From Scyliorhinus canicula (Eukaryota): 53,343 nucleotides of DNA. The stretch covers positions 3,410,001 through 3,463,343 of the forward strand of contig NC_052176.1 of the NCBI RefSeq assembly GCF_902713615.1. The letters are read 5' to 3'. The notes under the pieces are model-generated. The model made no database searches, was not told the DNA's origin, and was given only the letters and a program-made list of their open reading frames with translations. Positions 12,401 to 23,309 of the stretch are shown piece after piece (position 1 is the first letter of the stretch; each line of letters starts with the position of its first letter). The position numbers and the translations under genes are program-made.

Positions 12401-12593
12401 GTCCTGTTTAAGCTTCTCCTCGGCCGCGTGCGGTGTGGCGGAGTAGCCCTCTACCTTTCGGCCCTGGGCGCCTTTGACCTCCTCTTCCTCAGCTGGATCC
12501 CCGTCGTCCTCTACGTCACCAGGGTGGAACACTGGCCCTCCGCTAGGGACGTGCCCTGGGACCAACTGTGCGGGCTGGCAGCTCTCCTCCTGG
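12401..12593 (+). CDS. SLC35F3-like: SLC35F3/F4-family transporter, coding exon (193 bp, phase 0/1)
   Basis: CCGCAG|GTC ... CTGG|GTAGGT; encodes VLFKLLLGRVRCGGVALYLSALGAFDLLFLSWIPVVLYVTRVEHWPSARDVPWDQLCGLAALLL. Confidence 0.93.
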
Positions 12594-12638
12594 GTAGGTG
12601 TATATCGGCGTCGCCTCCTCCCGTCTGGGATCAAAGAG

Positions 12639-12672
<34 letters not shown>

Positions 12673-12805
12673 GCTAAAACCCGACGACTGCCTCGTCGTG
12701 ATACTAGGTCTGCTGAGCAGGACACATCAGGCACCGCTCGCTCTGAGGCTGCGTGAGAGCTTGTGAGAGAGCTGCATAAGGGGCACGGGAGGGTACAGCT
12801 AGACC

Positions 12806-13812
12806 ACCTGCCCTGGGAGTGTTTGATGGGGACAGTGTAGAGGGAGCTTTACTCTGTATCTAACCCCGTGCTGCACCTGTCCTGGGAGTGTTTGATGGGG
12901 ACAGTGTAGAGGGAGCTTTACTCTGTATCTAACCCCGTGCTGTACCTGTCCTGGAAGTGTTTGATGGGGGACAGTGTAGAGGGAGCTTTACTCTGTATCT
13001 AACCCCGTGCTGTACCTGTCCTGGGAGTGTTTGATGGGGACAGTGTAGAGGGAGCTTTACTCTGTATCTAACCCCTGTGCTGTACCTGTCCTGGGAGTGT
13101 TTGATGGAGACAGTGTAGAGGGAGCTTTACTCTGTATCTAACCCCGTGCTGTACCTGTCCTGGGAGTGTTTGATGGGGACAGTGTAGAGGGAGCTTTACT
13201 CTGTATCTAACCCTGTGCTGTACCTGTCCTGGGAGTGTTTGATGGGGACAGTGTAGAGGGACCTTTACTCTGTACCTAACCCCGTGCTGTACCTGTCCTG
13301 GGAGTGTTTGATGGGGACAGTGTAGAGGGAGCTTTACTCTGTATCTAACCCCGTGCTGTACCTGTCCTGGGAGTGTTTGATGGAGACAGTGTAGAGGGAG
13401 CTTTACTCTGTATCTAACCCCGTGCTGTACCTGCCCTGGGAGTGTTTGATGGGGACAGTGCAGAGGGAGCTTTACTCTGTATCTAACCCCGTGCTGTACC
13501 TGTCCTGGGAGTGTTTGATGGGGACAGTGTACAGGGAGCTTTACTCTGTATCTAACCCCGTGCTGTACCTGTCCTGGGAGTGTTTGATGGGGACAGTGTA
13601 GAGGGAGCTTTACTCTGTATCTAACCCCGTGCTGTACCTGTCCTGGGAGTGTTTGATGGGGACAGTGTAGAGGGAGCTTTACTCTGTATCTAACCCTGTG
13701 CTGTACCTGCCCTCGAAGTGTTTGATGGGGACTGTGCAGAGGGAGCTTTACTCTGTATCTAACCCCGTGCTGTACCTGTCCTGGGAGTGTTTGATGGGGA
13801 CAGTGTAGAGGG
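12806..13812. repeat. 69-bp tandem repeat (CCTGTCCTGGGAGTGTTTGATGGGGACAGTGTAGAGGGAGCTTTACTCTGTATCTAACCCCGTGCTGTA), ~14.5 copies
   Basis: GTGTTTGATGGG recurs at 12819 and 12888 (period 69). Confidence 0.96.
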
Positions 13813-13913
13813 TTTAGTGTTGTTCCTGTGCCCCTGTGATGCTGGCTGGAGTGTCAGTTGATTTAATGGATGGGTGTGGGCACTGATCCAAGATGTTTTT
13901 GTCTGTCCTCCAG

Positions 13914-14003
13914 TGTTCAACGTCCTCATTAACTGTGGAGCTGCTGTAACTTTCCCTGCCCTGGTGTCATTGGGAGTATTTCTGAGCGTACCTGTAAATG
14001 CTG
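13914..14003 (+). CDS. SLC35F3-like: SLC35F3/F4-family transporter, coding exon (90 bp, phase 1/1; not in the ORF track)
   Basis: CTCCAG|TG ... GCTG|GTAAGG; encodes (V)FNVLINCGAAVTFPALVSLGVFLSVPVNA, matching the family pattern FN..N.G..T(Y/F)P.L.S.G..LS.P.NA. Confidence 0.92.
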
Positions 14004-14108
14004 GTAAGGCCACATCAGCGTCACCCTCCGTGTACAGCACATGACATATCGCATCTTCGTATGGGGCATTAATTAGGGCTACAATTGACCTCCTACTTTC
14101 TAAGTAGG

Positions 14109-14452
14109 GGGCAGCACGGTAGCATGGTGGTTAGCATAAATGCTTCACAGCTCCAGGGTCCCAGGTTCGATTCCCGGCTGGGTCACTGTCTGTGCGGAGT
14201 CTGCACGTTCCTCCCCGTGTGTGCGTGGGTTTCCTCCGGGTGCTCCGGTTTCCTCCCACAGTCCAAAGATGTGCGGGTTAGGTGGATTGGCCATGCTAAA
14301 TTGCCCGTAGTGTCCTAATAAAAGTAAGGTTAAGGGGGGGGTTGTTGGGTTACGCGTATAGGGTGGATACGTGGGTTTGAGTAGGGTGATCATTGCTCGG
14401 CACAACATCGAGGGCCGAAGGGCCTGTTCTGTGCTGTACTGTTCTATGTTCT
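14109..14452 (+). mobile_element. Full-length HE1-like V-SINE (family A)
   Basis: GGGCAGCACGGTAGCATGGTGGTTAGC...GGTTCGATTCCCGG, V core, and CR1-type tail GGGCCGAAGGGCCTGTTCTGTGCTGTACTGTTCTATGTTCTA. Confidence 0.92.
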
Positions 14453-14569
14453 AATTGGGGAGAGGGTAGCATTAAGCAAGGTTCTTGCTCCTGGCTTCAG
14501 GTAGCACTCACAGCAGACAGTCCATTTTTCAACAAGCAACGATAATTTACCAGGTAAACTAACGAGACA

Positions 14570-15905
14570 GTGTGCTGCAGCTAACAGTCCACAGAGTCTA
14601 TTTCAACATCACACTGCAGCAAACATTCACAGAGCCTACTTAAATGTATCCCCAGCCACAAACAGGCTAGAAAGTCCATTTGAACAGGGAGCCAGACAGT
14701 CTACAGAGCCTTTTAAAATTGGCCACTGCAGCTAACAGTCCAGAGTCTGTTTAAATGGCACACACAAAAACAGTCTTCAGAGTCTATTTGAACTCCACAC
14801 AGCAGAAAACAGTCTACAGAGTCTATTTAAACAGCAGTCTACAGGGTCTATTTAAACAGCCCACTGCAGCAAACAGTCTACAGAGTCTATTTAAACAGCA
14901 GTCTACAGGGTCTATTTAAACAGCCCACTGCAGCAAACAGTCTACAGAGTCTATTTAAACAGCAGTCTACAGGGTCTATTTAAACAGCCCACTGCAGCAA
15001 ACAGTCTACAGAGTCTATTTAAACAGCAGTCTACAGAGTCTATTTAAACAGCCCACTGCAGCAAACAGTCTACAGAGTCTATTTAAACAGCCCACTGCAG
15101 CAAACAGTCTACAGAGTCTATTTAAACAGCAGTCTACAGGGTCTATTTAAACAGCCCACTGCAGCAAACAGTCTACAGAGTCTATTTAAACAGCAGTCTA
15201 CAGGGTCTATTTAAACAGCCCACTGCAGCAAACAGTCTACAGAGTCTATTTAAACTGCACACTGCAACAAAGTCTACAGCGTCTATTTAAACTGTGCACA
15301 ACAGCAAACAGTCTACAGAGTCTATTTAAACTGTACACAATAGCAAACAGTCTGCAGAGTCCTTTCTAAACTGTACTCTACAGCAAATGGTCTGCAGAGT
15401 TATTTAAACAGTCTACGGAGTCCATTTAAACTGTACACTGCAACAAACAGTCTACAGGGTCTATTTAAACTACACAACAGCAAACAGTCTACAGAGTCTA
15501 TTTAAACTACACAACAGCAAACAGTCTACAGAGTCTATTTAAACTACACAACAGCAAACAGTCTACAGAGTCTATTTAAACTACACAACAGCAAACAGTC
15601 TACAGAGTCTATTTAAACTGTACACAACAGCAAACAGTCCACAGAGTTTATTTAAACTGTACACTGCAGTTAAGTCTACAGAGTCTATTTAATCTGCACA
15701 GTGAAACAGTCAACAGAGTCTATTTAAACTGTACACAGCAGCAAAGAGTCTCCGGAGACTATTTAATCTGTACACTGCAGCTAACAGTCTACAGAGTCTA
15801 TTTAAATTGTGGCAAATATTCTGAATAGTCCATTTAAACCTATCCCTACCATAAACTGGCTACAGATTCTATTTAAACTGAGCACGACCTCAGTCTACAG
15901 CGTCC
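14570..15905. repeat. AT-rich degenerate minisatellite, core AACAGTCTACAGAGTCTATTTAAA, with a 64-bp (25+39) higher-order unit at 14810-15250
   Basis: AAACAGTCTACAGAG recurs at 14871 and 14935; units decay toward both ends. Confidence 0.9.
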
Positions 15906-15946
15906 ACAACAAACAGAGATGATTCGGGGCAACTTAAAAATATCTA

Positions 15947-16490
15947 GGGTGGGATTCTCTGATCCTGAGGCTGTGTTGACATCGTCGAGAACGCCGTCGC
16001 GTTTCTCGACGGCGTCAACACGGCCCCAGGATCAGCAATTCTGGCCCCTACAGTGGGCCAGCACGGCGCTGGAGCGGTTCATGCCGTTCCAGCTGCTGAT
16101 CCGGCCGTGGAATGGGCGCTGGGGGATGCGCGCATGCGCAGTGCGTACGGCGCGAACCCGGGCAAGCGCAGACCCACCGGCGCGATTTCCACGCATGCGC
16201 GGTGTCTCCCTTGTCCGCGCCGGCCTCAACCCAACATGGCGCAGGAGTACAGGCACCAGCGCGGAAGAAAGGAGGCCGGGAGACAGAGAGGCCGGCCCGC
16301 TGATCGGTGGGTCCCGATCGCGGGCCAGGCCACATCGGAGGCCTCCCCCCCCCCACTCTCCCTCGCCACAGGCCGCCACCCGACCCTTCAATGCCAAGGT
16401 CCCGCGGGGCTGAGAGCAGGTTAGAACGGCACCAGCGGAACTCTGGTTTCTTTTTACGGCCGCTCGGCCACTCTGGGCCGGAGCACTGTT
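15947..16490. mobile_element. Partial Harbinger-like MITE (related subfamily)
   Basis: Starts with TIR-like GGGTGGGATTCTC; subterminal hairpin TGTTGACATCGTCGAGAA...TTCTCGACGGCGTCAACA; GCGCATGCGC palindromes. Right TIR not found. Confidence 0.55.
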
Positions 16491-16893
16491 GGGGAGGAGG
16501 GGGGGGGGTAGAGATTAAATTAAAGTACATGGTATTGGGAGTGGTGTATTGAGATGGATAGAACCAGGTGTGAGCTGGGTTAGCAGACTCGAACAGGTTG
16601 AGATTAAGAAGGAGGATGTGCTGGAAACTTTGAAAAGCATCAGGATAGATAAATCCCCTGGGCCTGATGGGATATACCCAAGGTTGCTACGTGAAGCGAG
16701 GGAGGAGATTGCTGCGCCGTTGGCGATGATCTTTGCGTCCTGACTCTCCACTGGAGTAGTACCGGATGATTGGAGGGAGGCGAATGGTGTTCCCCTGTTC
16801 AAGAAAGGGAATAGGGAAATCCCAGGGAATTACAGACCAGTCAATCTTACGTCTGTTGTGAGCAAAATATTGGAAAGGATTCTGAGAGATAGG

Positions 16894-17537
16894 GGGCGCG
16901 ATTCTCCCAGACAGGGAGAAATCGTACGGCTGGCGTCAAAACCGGGCGGGTTTGACGCCAGCCTCCCCCTCCCCGACCGGGAACCGATTCTGGTCCCCGG
17001 TCGGGGCTAGCATGCCGCGGCCGTGAACTCCGGCATCGCGGGCTTAACGAATTTCGTTAAGCCCGCTTGCCAGAGTTTGCGCCGGCTGACGCGTCACATG
17101 ACGTCAGCCGCGCATGCGCGGATTGGAAGACTCCAACCCGCGCATGCGCGGATGACGTCATCGCGCATTTGCGCGAAACCCGCGCATGCGCGGGCCGGGA
17201 TGCCCCTCAGCCGCCCCGCGAAGTGATACAGCCGTGGTACTGCCGTGCCAATCGGTGCCATGGTTGCCAAGATCGGGACTTTACGGCCGTTTTTACGAAC
17301 GGCCAGACCAGGTGTGTTTGCCGTTCGTAAAAACGGCCGTAAAGGGCTTGGAATTCGGCCCATCAGCCAGCTGAGAATCGCTGCTCGCCGTAAAAAAACG
17401 GCGGCAGCGATTCGTGTTGGGAGTCGGGCGTGGGGGGGGGGGGGGAGAATAGCGGGAGGGCGTCAGACCAGCGTGGCCGTAAAAATTTACGACCCCCGCT
17501 ATTCTCCGCACCGTCGTGAGTGCGGAGAATTGCGCCC
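16894..17537. mobile_element. Complete 644-bp non-autonomous TIR element (PIF/Harbinger-like MITE)
   Basis: 14-bp TIRs GGGCGCGATTCTCC / GGAGAATTGCGCCC (13/14 match) and 3-bp TSD AGG (16891-16893, 17538-17540). Removing it, together with the adjacent L1, restores the CR1 frame ...GAT AGG GTT TCT GGT TAT TTA. Confidence 0.85.
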
Positions 17538-17546
17538 AGGGTTTCT

Positions 17547-19705
17547 TTTTTTTTTAAATAATTTTTATTGAGAAATTTTGATTTTATACAACAATAACGC
17601 ACCTTAGTAAAATACCGAAAATAACAATAATATTAACAATCGTATACATTCGCCCCATCCCCACGAACAACCCAGCATTTTAACAACAACGCAAATTAAC
17701 ACACTATAAAGTTACAGAATAAACACTACAATAATGCACCCCCCCCCCCCCCCCCCCCCGCCCCGGGTTGCTGCTGCTATTGACCCAGTTACCTATCTCT
17801 GAGCCAGGAAGTCCAGAAAAGGCTGCCATCGTTTATAGAACCCTTGTATTGATCCTCTCAGGGCAAATTTGACCTTTTCCAATTTTATAAATCCCGCCAT
17901 GTCACTGATCCAGGTCTCCACGCTTGGGGGCCTCGCATCCTTCCACTGTAGCAGAATCCTTCGCCGGGCTACTAGGGACGCAAAGGCCAGGACACCGGCC
18001 TCTTTCGCCTCCTGCACTCCCGGCTCCACCCCAACCCCAAAAATCACGAGTCCCCACCCTGGTTTGACCCTGGATCCAACCACCCTCGACACCGTCCCCG
18101 CCACCCCCTTCCAGAATTCTTCCAGTGCTGGGCATGCCCAGAACATATGAGCGTGGTTCGCAGGACTCCCCGAACACCTGGTGCACCTGTCCTCACCCCC
18201 GAAGAACCTACTCATCCTAGTCCCGGACATGTGGGCCCGGTGCAGCACCTTAAATTGGATGAGACTAAGCCTCGCACATGAGGAGGAAGAGTTGACTCTC
18301 TCCAAGGCCTCCGCCCAAGTCCCGTCCTCTATCTGCTCCCCGAGTTCCTCCTCCCATTTAGCCTTCAGCTCCTCCACTGACGACTCCTCCACCTCCTGCA
18401 TTACCTTATAGATGTCAGACACCTTCCCCTCTCCTACCCACACCCCCGAAAGCACTCTGTCCATCGTCCCCTGCGAGGGCAGCAAAGGGAATCCCTCTAC
18501 CTGTCGCCTAGCAAACGCCTTTACCTGCAGGTATCTGAACATGTTCCCCTGGGGAAGGCCAAATTTATCTTCCAGTTCCCCCAGGCCCGCAAACCTCCCG
18601 CCAATAAACAGATCCCTCAGTTTGCTGATGCCCGCCCTTTGCCATCCCCTGAATCCCCCATCCGTGTTCCCCGGGATGAACAGATGGTTGCCACCCAGTG
18701 GAGCCTCCATCGAGCCCCCTGTTTCCCCCCGATGCCGTCTCCACTGTCCCCAGATTCTTAGGGTCGCCGTCCCCACCAGGCTCGTGGTAAACCTCTTGGG
18801 GGAGAGCGGCAACGGTGCCGTTACCATGGCACCCAGGCTCGTACCTCTACATGACGCCATCTCCATTCTTTTCCACGCCGCCCCTCCCCCCTCCATCACC
18901 CATTTACGCACCATTGACACATTGGCTGCCCAATAGTACCCCAGAAGGTTGGGCAGCGCCAGCCCGCCTCTATCCCTTCCTCGCTCCAGGAACACCCTCC
19001 TCACTCTCGGAGTCCCATGTGCCCACACAAAGCTCAGAATACTGCCGGTCACTCTCCTAAAAAAGGCCCTGGGGATAAATATGGGCAGGCACTGAAAAAG
19101 GAACAAGAACCTCGGAAGCACTGTCATTTTGACGGACTGCACCCTCCCCGCCAACGACAATGGCAGCATGTCCCACCTCCTGAACTCCTCCTCCATCTGA
19201 TCTACCAGTCTGGTAAAGTTATGCTTGTGGAAAGTCCCCCAGTCCCTGGCCACTTGCACCCCCAGGTACCTAAAGCTCTCCCCTGCCCGCCTAAGCGGGA
19301 GCCTACCAATTCCTTCCTCCTGGTCTCCAGGGTGCACCACAAACACCTCGCTCTTGCCTAAGTTTAATTTATAACCTGAGAAGGTCCCAAACTTGGCTAG
19401 TAACTCCATCACCCCCGGCATCCCTCCCACCAGGTCCGCCACATACAGTAACAGGTCGTCGGCATACAACGACACCCTATGTTCCTCTCCACCTCGCACC
19501 AAGCCTCTCCACCTCTCTGAATCTCTCAGTGCCATCGCCAGCGGCTCGATTGCCAGTGCAAACAACAAGGGGGACAAGGGGCAACCCTGCCTGGTCCCTC
19601 GGTAAAGCCGGAAGTACTCCGACCTCCTCCTATTCGTGGCCACACACGCCATCGGGGCCTCATATAGCAGCCTTACCCATCTAATGAACCCTTCACCAAA
19701 TCCAA
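17547..19705 (-). mobile_element. 5'-truncated L1/Tx1-clade LINE with poly(A) and a 15-bp TSD
   Basis: TSD GCGCCCAGGGTTTCT at 17532-17546 and 19706-19720; T-run on the plus strand; AATAAA and a G-tract in the minus-strand 3' UTR. Confidence 0.93.
17793..19652 (-). CDS. L1-type ORF2 fragment: RT C-terminal half plus Cys/His C-terminal domain, uninterrupted over 619 aa, 5'-truncated
   Basis: RGTRQGCPLSPLLFAL, SLYADD, FRYLGV, GGLALPN and CTRCSGSPANHAHMFWAC are L1 ORF2 motifs. Confidence 0.85.
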   Translation of the reverse strand: MACVATNRRRSEYFRLYRGTRQGCPLSPLLFALAIEPLAMALRDSERWRGLVRGGEEHRVSLYADDLLLYVADLVGGMPGVMELLAKFGTFSGYKLNLGKSEVFVVHPGDQEEGIGRLPLRRAGESFRYLGVQVARDWGTFHKHNFTRLVDQMEEEFRRWDMLPLSLAGRVQSVKMTVLPRFLFLFQCLPIFIPRAFFRRVTGSILSFVWAHGTPRVRRVFLERGRDRGGLALPNLLGYYWAANVSMVRKWVMEGGGAAWKRMEMASCRGTSLGAMVTAPLPLSPKRFTTSLVGTATLRIWGQWRRHRGETGGSMEAPLGGNHLFIPGNTDGGFRGWQRAGISKLRDLFIGGRFAGLGELEDKFGLPQGNMFRYLQVKAFARRQVEGFPLLPSQGTMDRVLSGVWVGEGKVSDIYKVMQEVEESSVEELKAKWEEELGEQIEDGTWAEALERVNSSSSCARLSLIQFKVLHRAHMSGTRMSRFFGGEDRCTRCSGSPANHAHMFWACPALEEFWKGVAGTVSRVVGSRVKPGWGLVIFGVGVEPGVQEAKEAGVLAFASLVARRRILLQWKDARPPSVETWISDMAGFIKLEKVKFALRGSIQGFYKRWQPFLDFLAQR

Positions 19706-19782
19706 GCGCCCAGGGTTTCTGGTTATTTAGAAAAACATAGTTTGATTAAAGACAGTCAGCATGGCTTTTGTGAGGGGCAGGT

Positions 19783-19964
19783 AATAACAAGAATAATAAT
19801 CGCTTATTGTCACGATTCGGCTTCAAATGAAGTTACTGCGAAAAGCCCCTAGTCGCCACATTCCGGCACCTGTTCGGGGAGGCTGGTACGGGAATTGATC
19901 CCGCGCTGCTGGCCTTGCTCTGCAATACAAGCCAGCTGTTTGGCCCACTGTGCTAAACCAGCCC
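19783..19964 (-). mobile_element. Family B SINE nested in the CR1
   Basis: Homologous to 3950-4136. Confidence 0.85.
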
Positions 19965-20046
19965 CTGCTACTGGGGGAAGTGCCTGATGGAAGAGGGATG
20001 CTATGGCGAGTGAAGCAGACCGAAGCGTGGCGGTGCAGGCACTGGT

Positions 20047-20395
20047 CATAGAACCATAGAATTTACACTGCAGGAGGCCATTCAGCCCATCGAGTCTGCA
20101 CCGGCCCTTAAAAAGGGCACCCTACCCAAACCCACATATCTAATCCTATCCCCGTTACCCAGTAACCCCCACTTAACCTTTTTTGGACACTAAGGGACAA
20201 TTTAGCACGGCCAATCCACCTAACCCGCACATCTTTGGACTGTGGGAGGAAACGGGAGCACCCGGAGGAAACCCACCCAGACACGGGGGGGGGGAGGACG
20301 TGCAGACTCCGCACAGACAGTGACCCGGCCGGGAATCGAACCTGGAACCCTGGAGCTGTGAAGCAACTGTGCTGACCACTATGCTACCTGGCCGC
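20047..20395 (-). mobile_element. HE1-like family A SINE nested in the CR1
   Basis: tRNA head, V core and CR1 tail on the minus strand. Confidence 0.85.
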
Positions 20396-21620
20396 CCAAG
20401 CCTCACAAGCCTCACTGAATTCTTTGAGGATGTGACGAGACACATTGATGAAGGTCAGGCAGTGGATGTGGTGTATATGGATTTCAGGAAGGCGTTTGAT
20501 AAAGTTCCCCATGGTAGGCTCATTCAGAAAGTTAGGGGGCATGGGATACAGGGAAATTTGGCTGTCTGGATACAGAATTGGCTGGCCGAAAGAAGACAGC
20601 GAGTGGTAGTGGATGGAAAGTATTCCGCCTGGAGGTCGGTGACCAGTGGTGTCTCGCAGGGATCTGTTCTGGGATCTCTGCTCTTTGTGGGTTTTATAAA
20701 TGACTTAGATGAGGAAGCGTAAGGGTGGGTTAGTAAGTTTGCCGATGACATGAAGGTTGGGGGAGTTGTAGATAGTGTTGAGGGTTGTTGCAGGTTACAG
20801 CAGGACATTGACAGGATGCAGAGCTGGGCTGAGAAGGGGCAGATGGAGTTCAACCCAGATAAACGTGAAGTCATTCATTTTGGAAGGTGGAATTTGAATG
20901 CTGAATACAGGGTTAAAGGCAGGATTCTTGGAAGTGTGGAGGAACAGAGGGATATTGGGGTCCACGTGCATAGATCCCTCTAAGTTGCCACCCAGGTTGA
21001 TAGGGTTGTTAAGAAGACGTACGGCGTGTTGGCTTTCATTAACAGGGGGATTGAGTTTAAGAGCCGCGAGGTTTTGCTGCAGCTTTATAAAACCCTGGTT
21101 AGACCACACTTGGGATATTGTGTCCAGTTCTGGTTGCCTCATTATGGGATGGATGTGGATGCTTCGGAGAGGGTACAGAGGAGATTTACCAGGATGCTGC
21201 CTGGACTGGAGGGCATGTCTTATGAAGAAAGGTTGAGGGAGCTAGGGCCTTTCTCACTGGAGCGAAGAAGGCCGAGAGGTGACTTGATAGAGGTGTACAA
21301 GGTGATGAGAGGCATGGATAGAGCCAGAGACTTTTCCCCAGGGCGGAAATGCCTGTCACGAGGGGACATAATTTGAAGGTGATTGGAGGAAGGTATAGGG
21401 GAGATGTCAGAGGTCGGTTCTTTACACAGAGAGTGGTGGGTGTGTGGAATGCACTGCCAGCAGAGGTGGTGGAGTCAGAGTCATTGGGGACATTTAAGCG
21501 ACTCTTAGACAGGCACATGGACAGCAGGAAATTGAAGGGGTGTAGGTTAGGTTGGTCTTCGATTAGGATAAATGGCCGGCACAACATCGTGGGCTGAAGG
21601 ACCTGTACTGTGCTGCAGAG

Positions 21621-22161
21621 TATCCGATTAATCTTTCCCAATTAAGGGGCAATATAGCGTGGCCAATCCACCTACCCTGCACATTAGAACTGTACAGCAC
21701 AGAACAGGCCCTTTGGCCCTCGATGTTGTGCCAAGCAATGATCACCCTACTCAAGCCCACGTATCCACCCTATACCAGTAACCCAACAACCCCCATTAAC
21801 CTTATTTTTTAGGACACTAAGGGCAATTTAGCCTGGCCAATCCACCTAACCCGCACATCTTTGGACTGTGGGAGGAAACCGGAGCACCCGGAGGAAACCC
21901 ACGCACACACGGGGAGGACGTGCAGACTCCGCACAGACAGTGACCCAGCCGGGAATCGAACCTGGGGCCCTGGAGCTGTGAAGCATTTATGCTAACCACC
22001 ATGCTACCGTGCTGCCATCTTTGGGTTGTGGGGGCGAAACCCACGCAGACACGGGGGAGAATGTGCAAACTCCACACGGACTGTGACCCAGAGCCGGGAT
22101 CGAACCTGGGACCTCGGCGCCGTGGGGCAGCAGGGCCAACGACTTGCGCCACCGTGCCGCC
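21621..22161 (-). mobile_element. Family C SINE interrupted by a family A SINE (~21686-22016)
   Basis: The family C sequence CCACCTACCCTGCACAT|...|CTTTGGGTTGTGGGG is split by a full copy near-identical to the reverse complement of 14109-14452. Confidence 0.85.
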
Positions 22162-22164
22162 CTG

Positions 22165-22722
22165 AGATCTATAAATGTCTAGCAGGACGAGACAGGGTAG
22201 ATGCAGGACGGACGTTCCCAATGGTGGGGGAGTCCAGGACCAGGGTGTCACGGTCTGAGGATGCGGGGTAGATCATTTGGGGCAGAAATGAGGCGAAAAT
22301 ACTTCACCCAGTGGACGTGTGGAGTTCGCTACCACGGGAAGTAGTTGAGGCTAAAATGAAATGAAAGGAAAATGGCTTATTGCCACGAGGAGGCTTCAAA
22401 TGAAGTTGCTGTGAGAAGCCCCCTAGTCGCCGCATTCCGGCGCCTGTTCGGGGAGGCTGGTCCGGGAATTGAACCGTGCTGCCGGCCTGCCTTCAAAGCC
22501 AGCGATTTAGCACACTGTGCTAAACCAGCCCCTAAATGTGCTAAATCGTTTTTTTCAAGAAGGAATTAGATACAGCTCTGGGGGCTAAAGGGATCAAAGG
22601 ATATATGGGGGGGGGGGGGGGGGGGGGATCAGGTTGGATGGTCAACCATGACCATGATGAATGGCGGAGCATGCTCGATGGGCCGAATGGCCTCCTCCTG
22701 TTCCTATCTTCTATATTTCTAT
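22165..22722 (+). mobile_element. CR1 3' fragment interrupted by a family B SINE (-, ~22353-22532)
   Basis: GACAGGGTAGATGCAGG..TTCCCAATGGTGGGGGAGTCCAGGACCAGGG; 3' UTR GATGAATGGCGGAGCATGCTCGATGGGCCGAATGGCCTCCTCCTG. Confidence 0.8.
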
Positions 22723-23049
22723 GAGTGGACTGACCAGGGCACCATTCAGGCGAGGGGGGGGGGGGTAAATAGGAATGTAGTGGCCGTGTAGTCGGGGGTG
22801 TATGGAGTACAGGCGCAGTTCACTGTAGACGAGTGCGAGAGCTCAGACTGAAATGTTGCTCGCCTGGTCTCAGGGCACCTGCTTGGGGCTGGAGTGGAGC
22901 ACGTCGGAGGACCCAGTGGGACGTGGTCCACGTCGGACACCAGCGGCAGATCCAGGGAAGAGTTTCTGCTCGGGGATTATGAGCGGCTGGGGGCTAAGTC
23001 AAAAAGTAGAACCTCAAAGGTGGCCGTCTCCGGTTAACTCTCCGCTTAA

Positions 23050-23270
23050 CCTGTGGCGCGGCGGTTAGCACTGCTGCCTCGCGGTGCCAAGGACCCGGGT
23101 TCGAATCCGGCCCCGGGTCACTGTCCGTTGTGGAGTTTGCACGTTCTCCCCATGTCTGTGTAGGTCTCACCCCCCCCCCCCCAACCCAAAAAGATGGGTA
23201 GGTGGATTGGCCACGCTAAATTGCCCCTTCATTGGAAAACAAATTAGATACTCTAAATGTTAAAAAAAAA
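23050..23270 (+). mobile_element. Family C SINE
   Basis: GTGGCGCGGCGGTTAGCACTGCTGCCTC...GGTTCGAATCC...GGTGGATTGGCCACGCTAAATTGCCCC, ending in an A-tail. Confidence 0.85.
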
Positions 23271-23309
23271 CCTGTCGGCCATCATCAGTTCCCCAAGGCA
23301 ATACCTCTA

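Larger units (their letters stand above)
16545..21620 (+). mobile_element. 5'-truncated, degraded CR1 LINE (ORF2 RT) split by nested insertions; CR1 segments at 16545-16893, ~19706-19782 and ~20397-21620
   Basis: Peptides [67 protein letters not shown] and RFFTQRVVGVWNALP, with in-frame stops and frameshifts and a CR1 3' UTR. Confidence 0.9.

Noticed and set aside
12642-12672. Very long G homopolymer (similar G or C runs at ~4311, 5851, 17738, 22606, 32240 and 45765)
   Set aside because: Run lengths are unreliable in long-read consensus and no function can be supported from sequence alone.
14109-14185. tRNA genes suggested by A/B boxes here and at other SINE heads
   Set aside because: Each continues into a SINE core and tail and lacks a full cloverleaf; these are tRNA-derived SINE heads.
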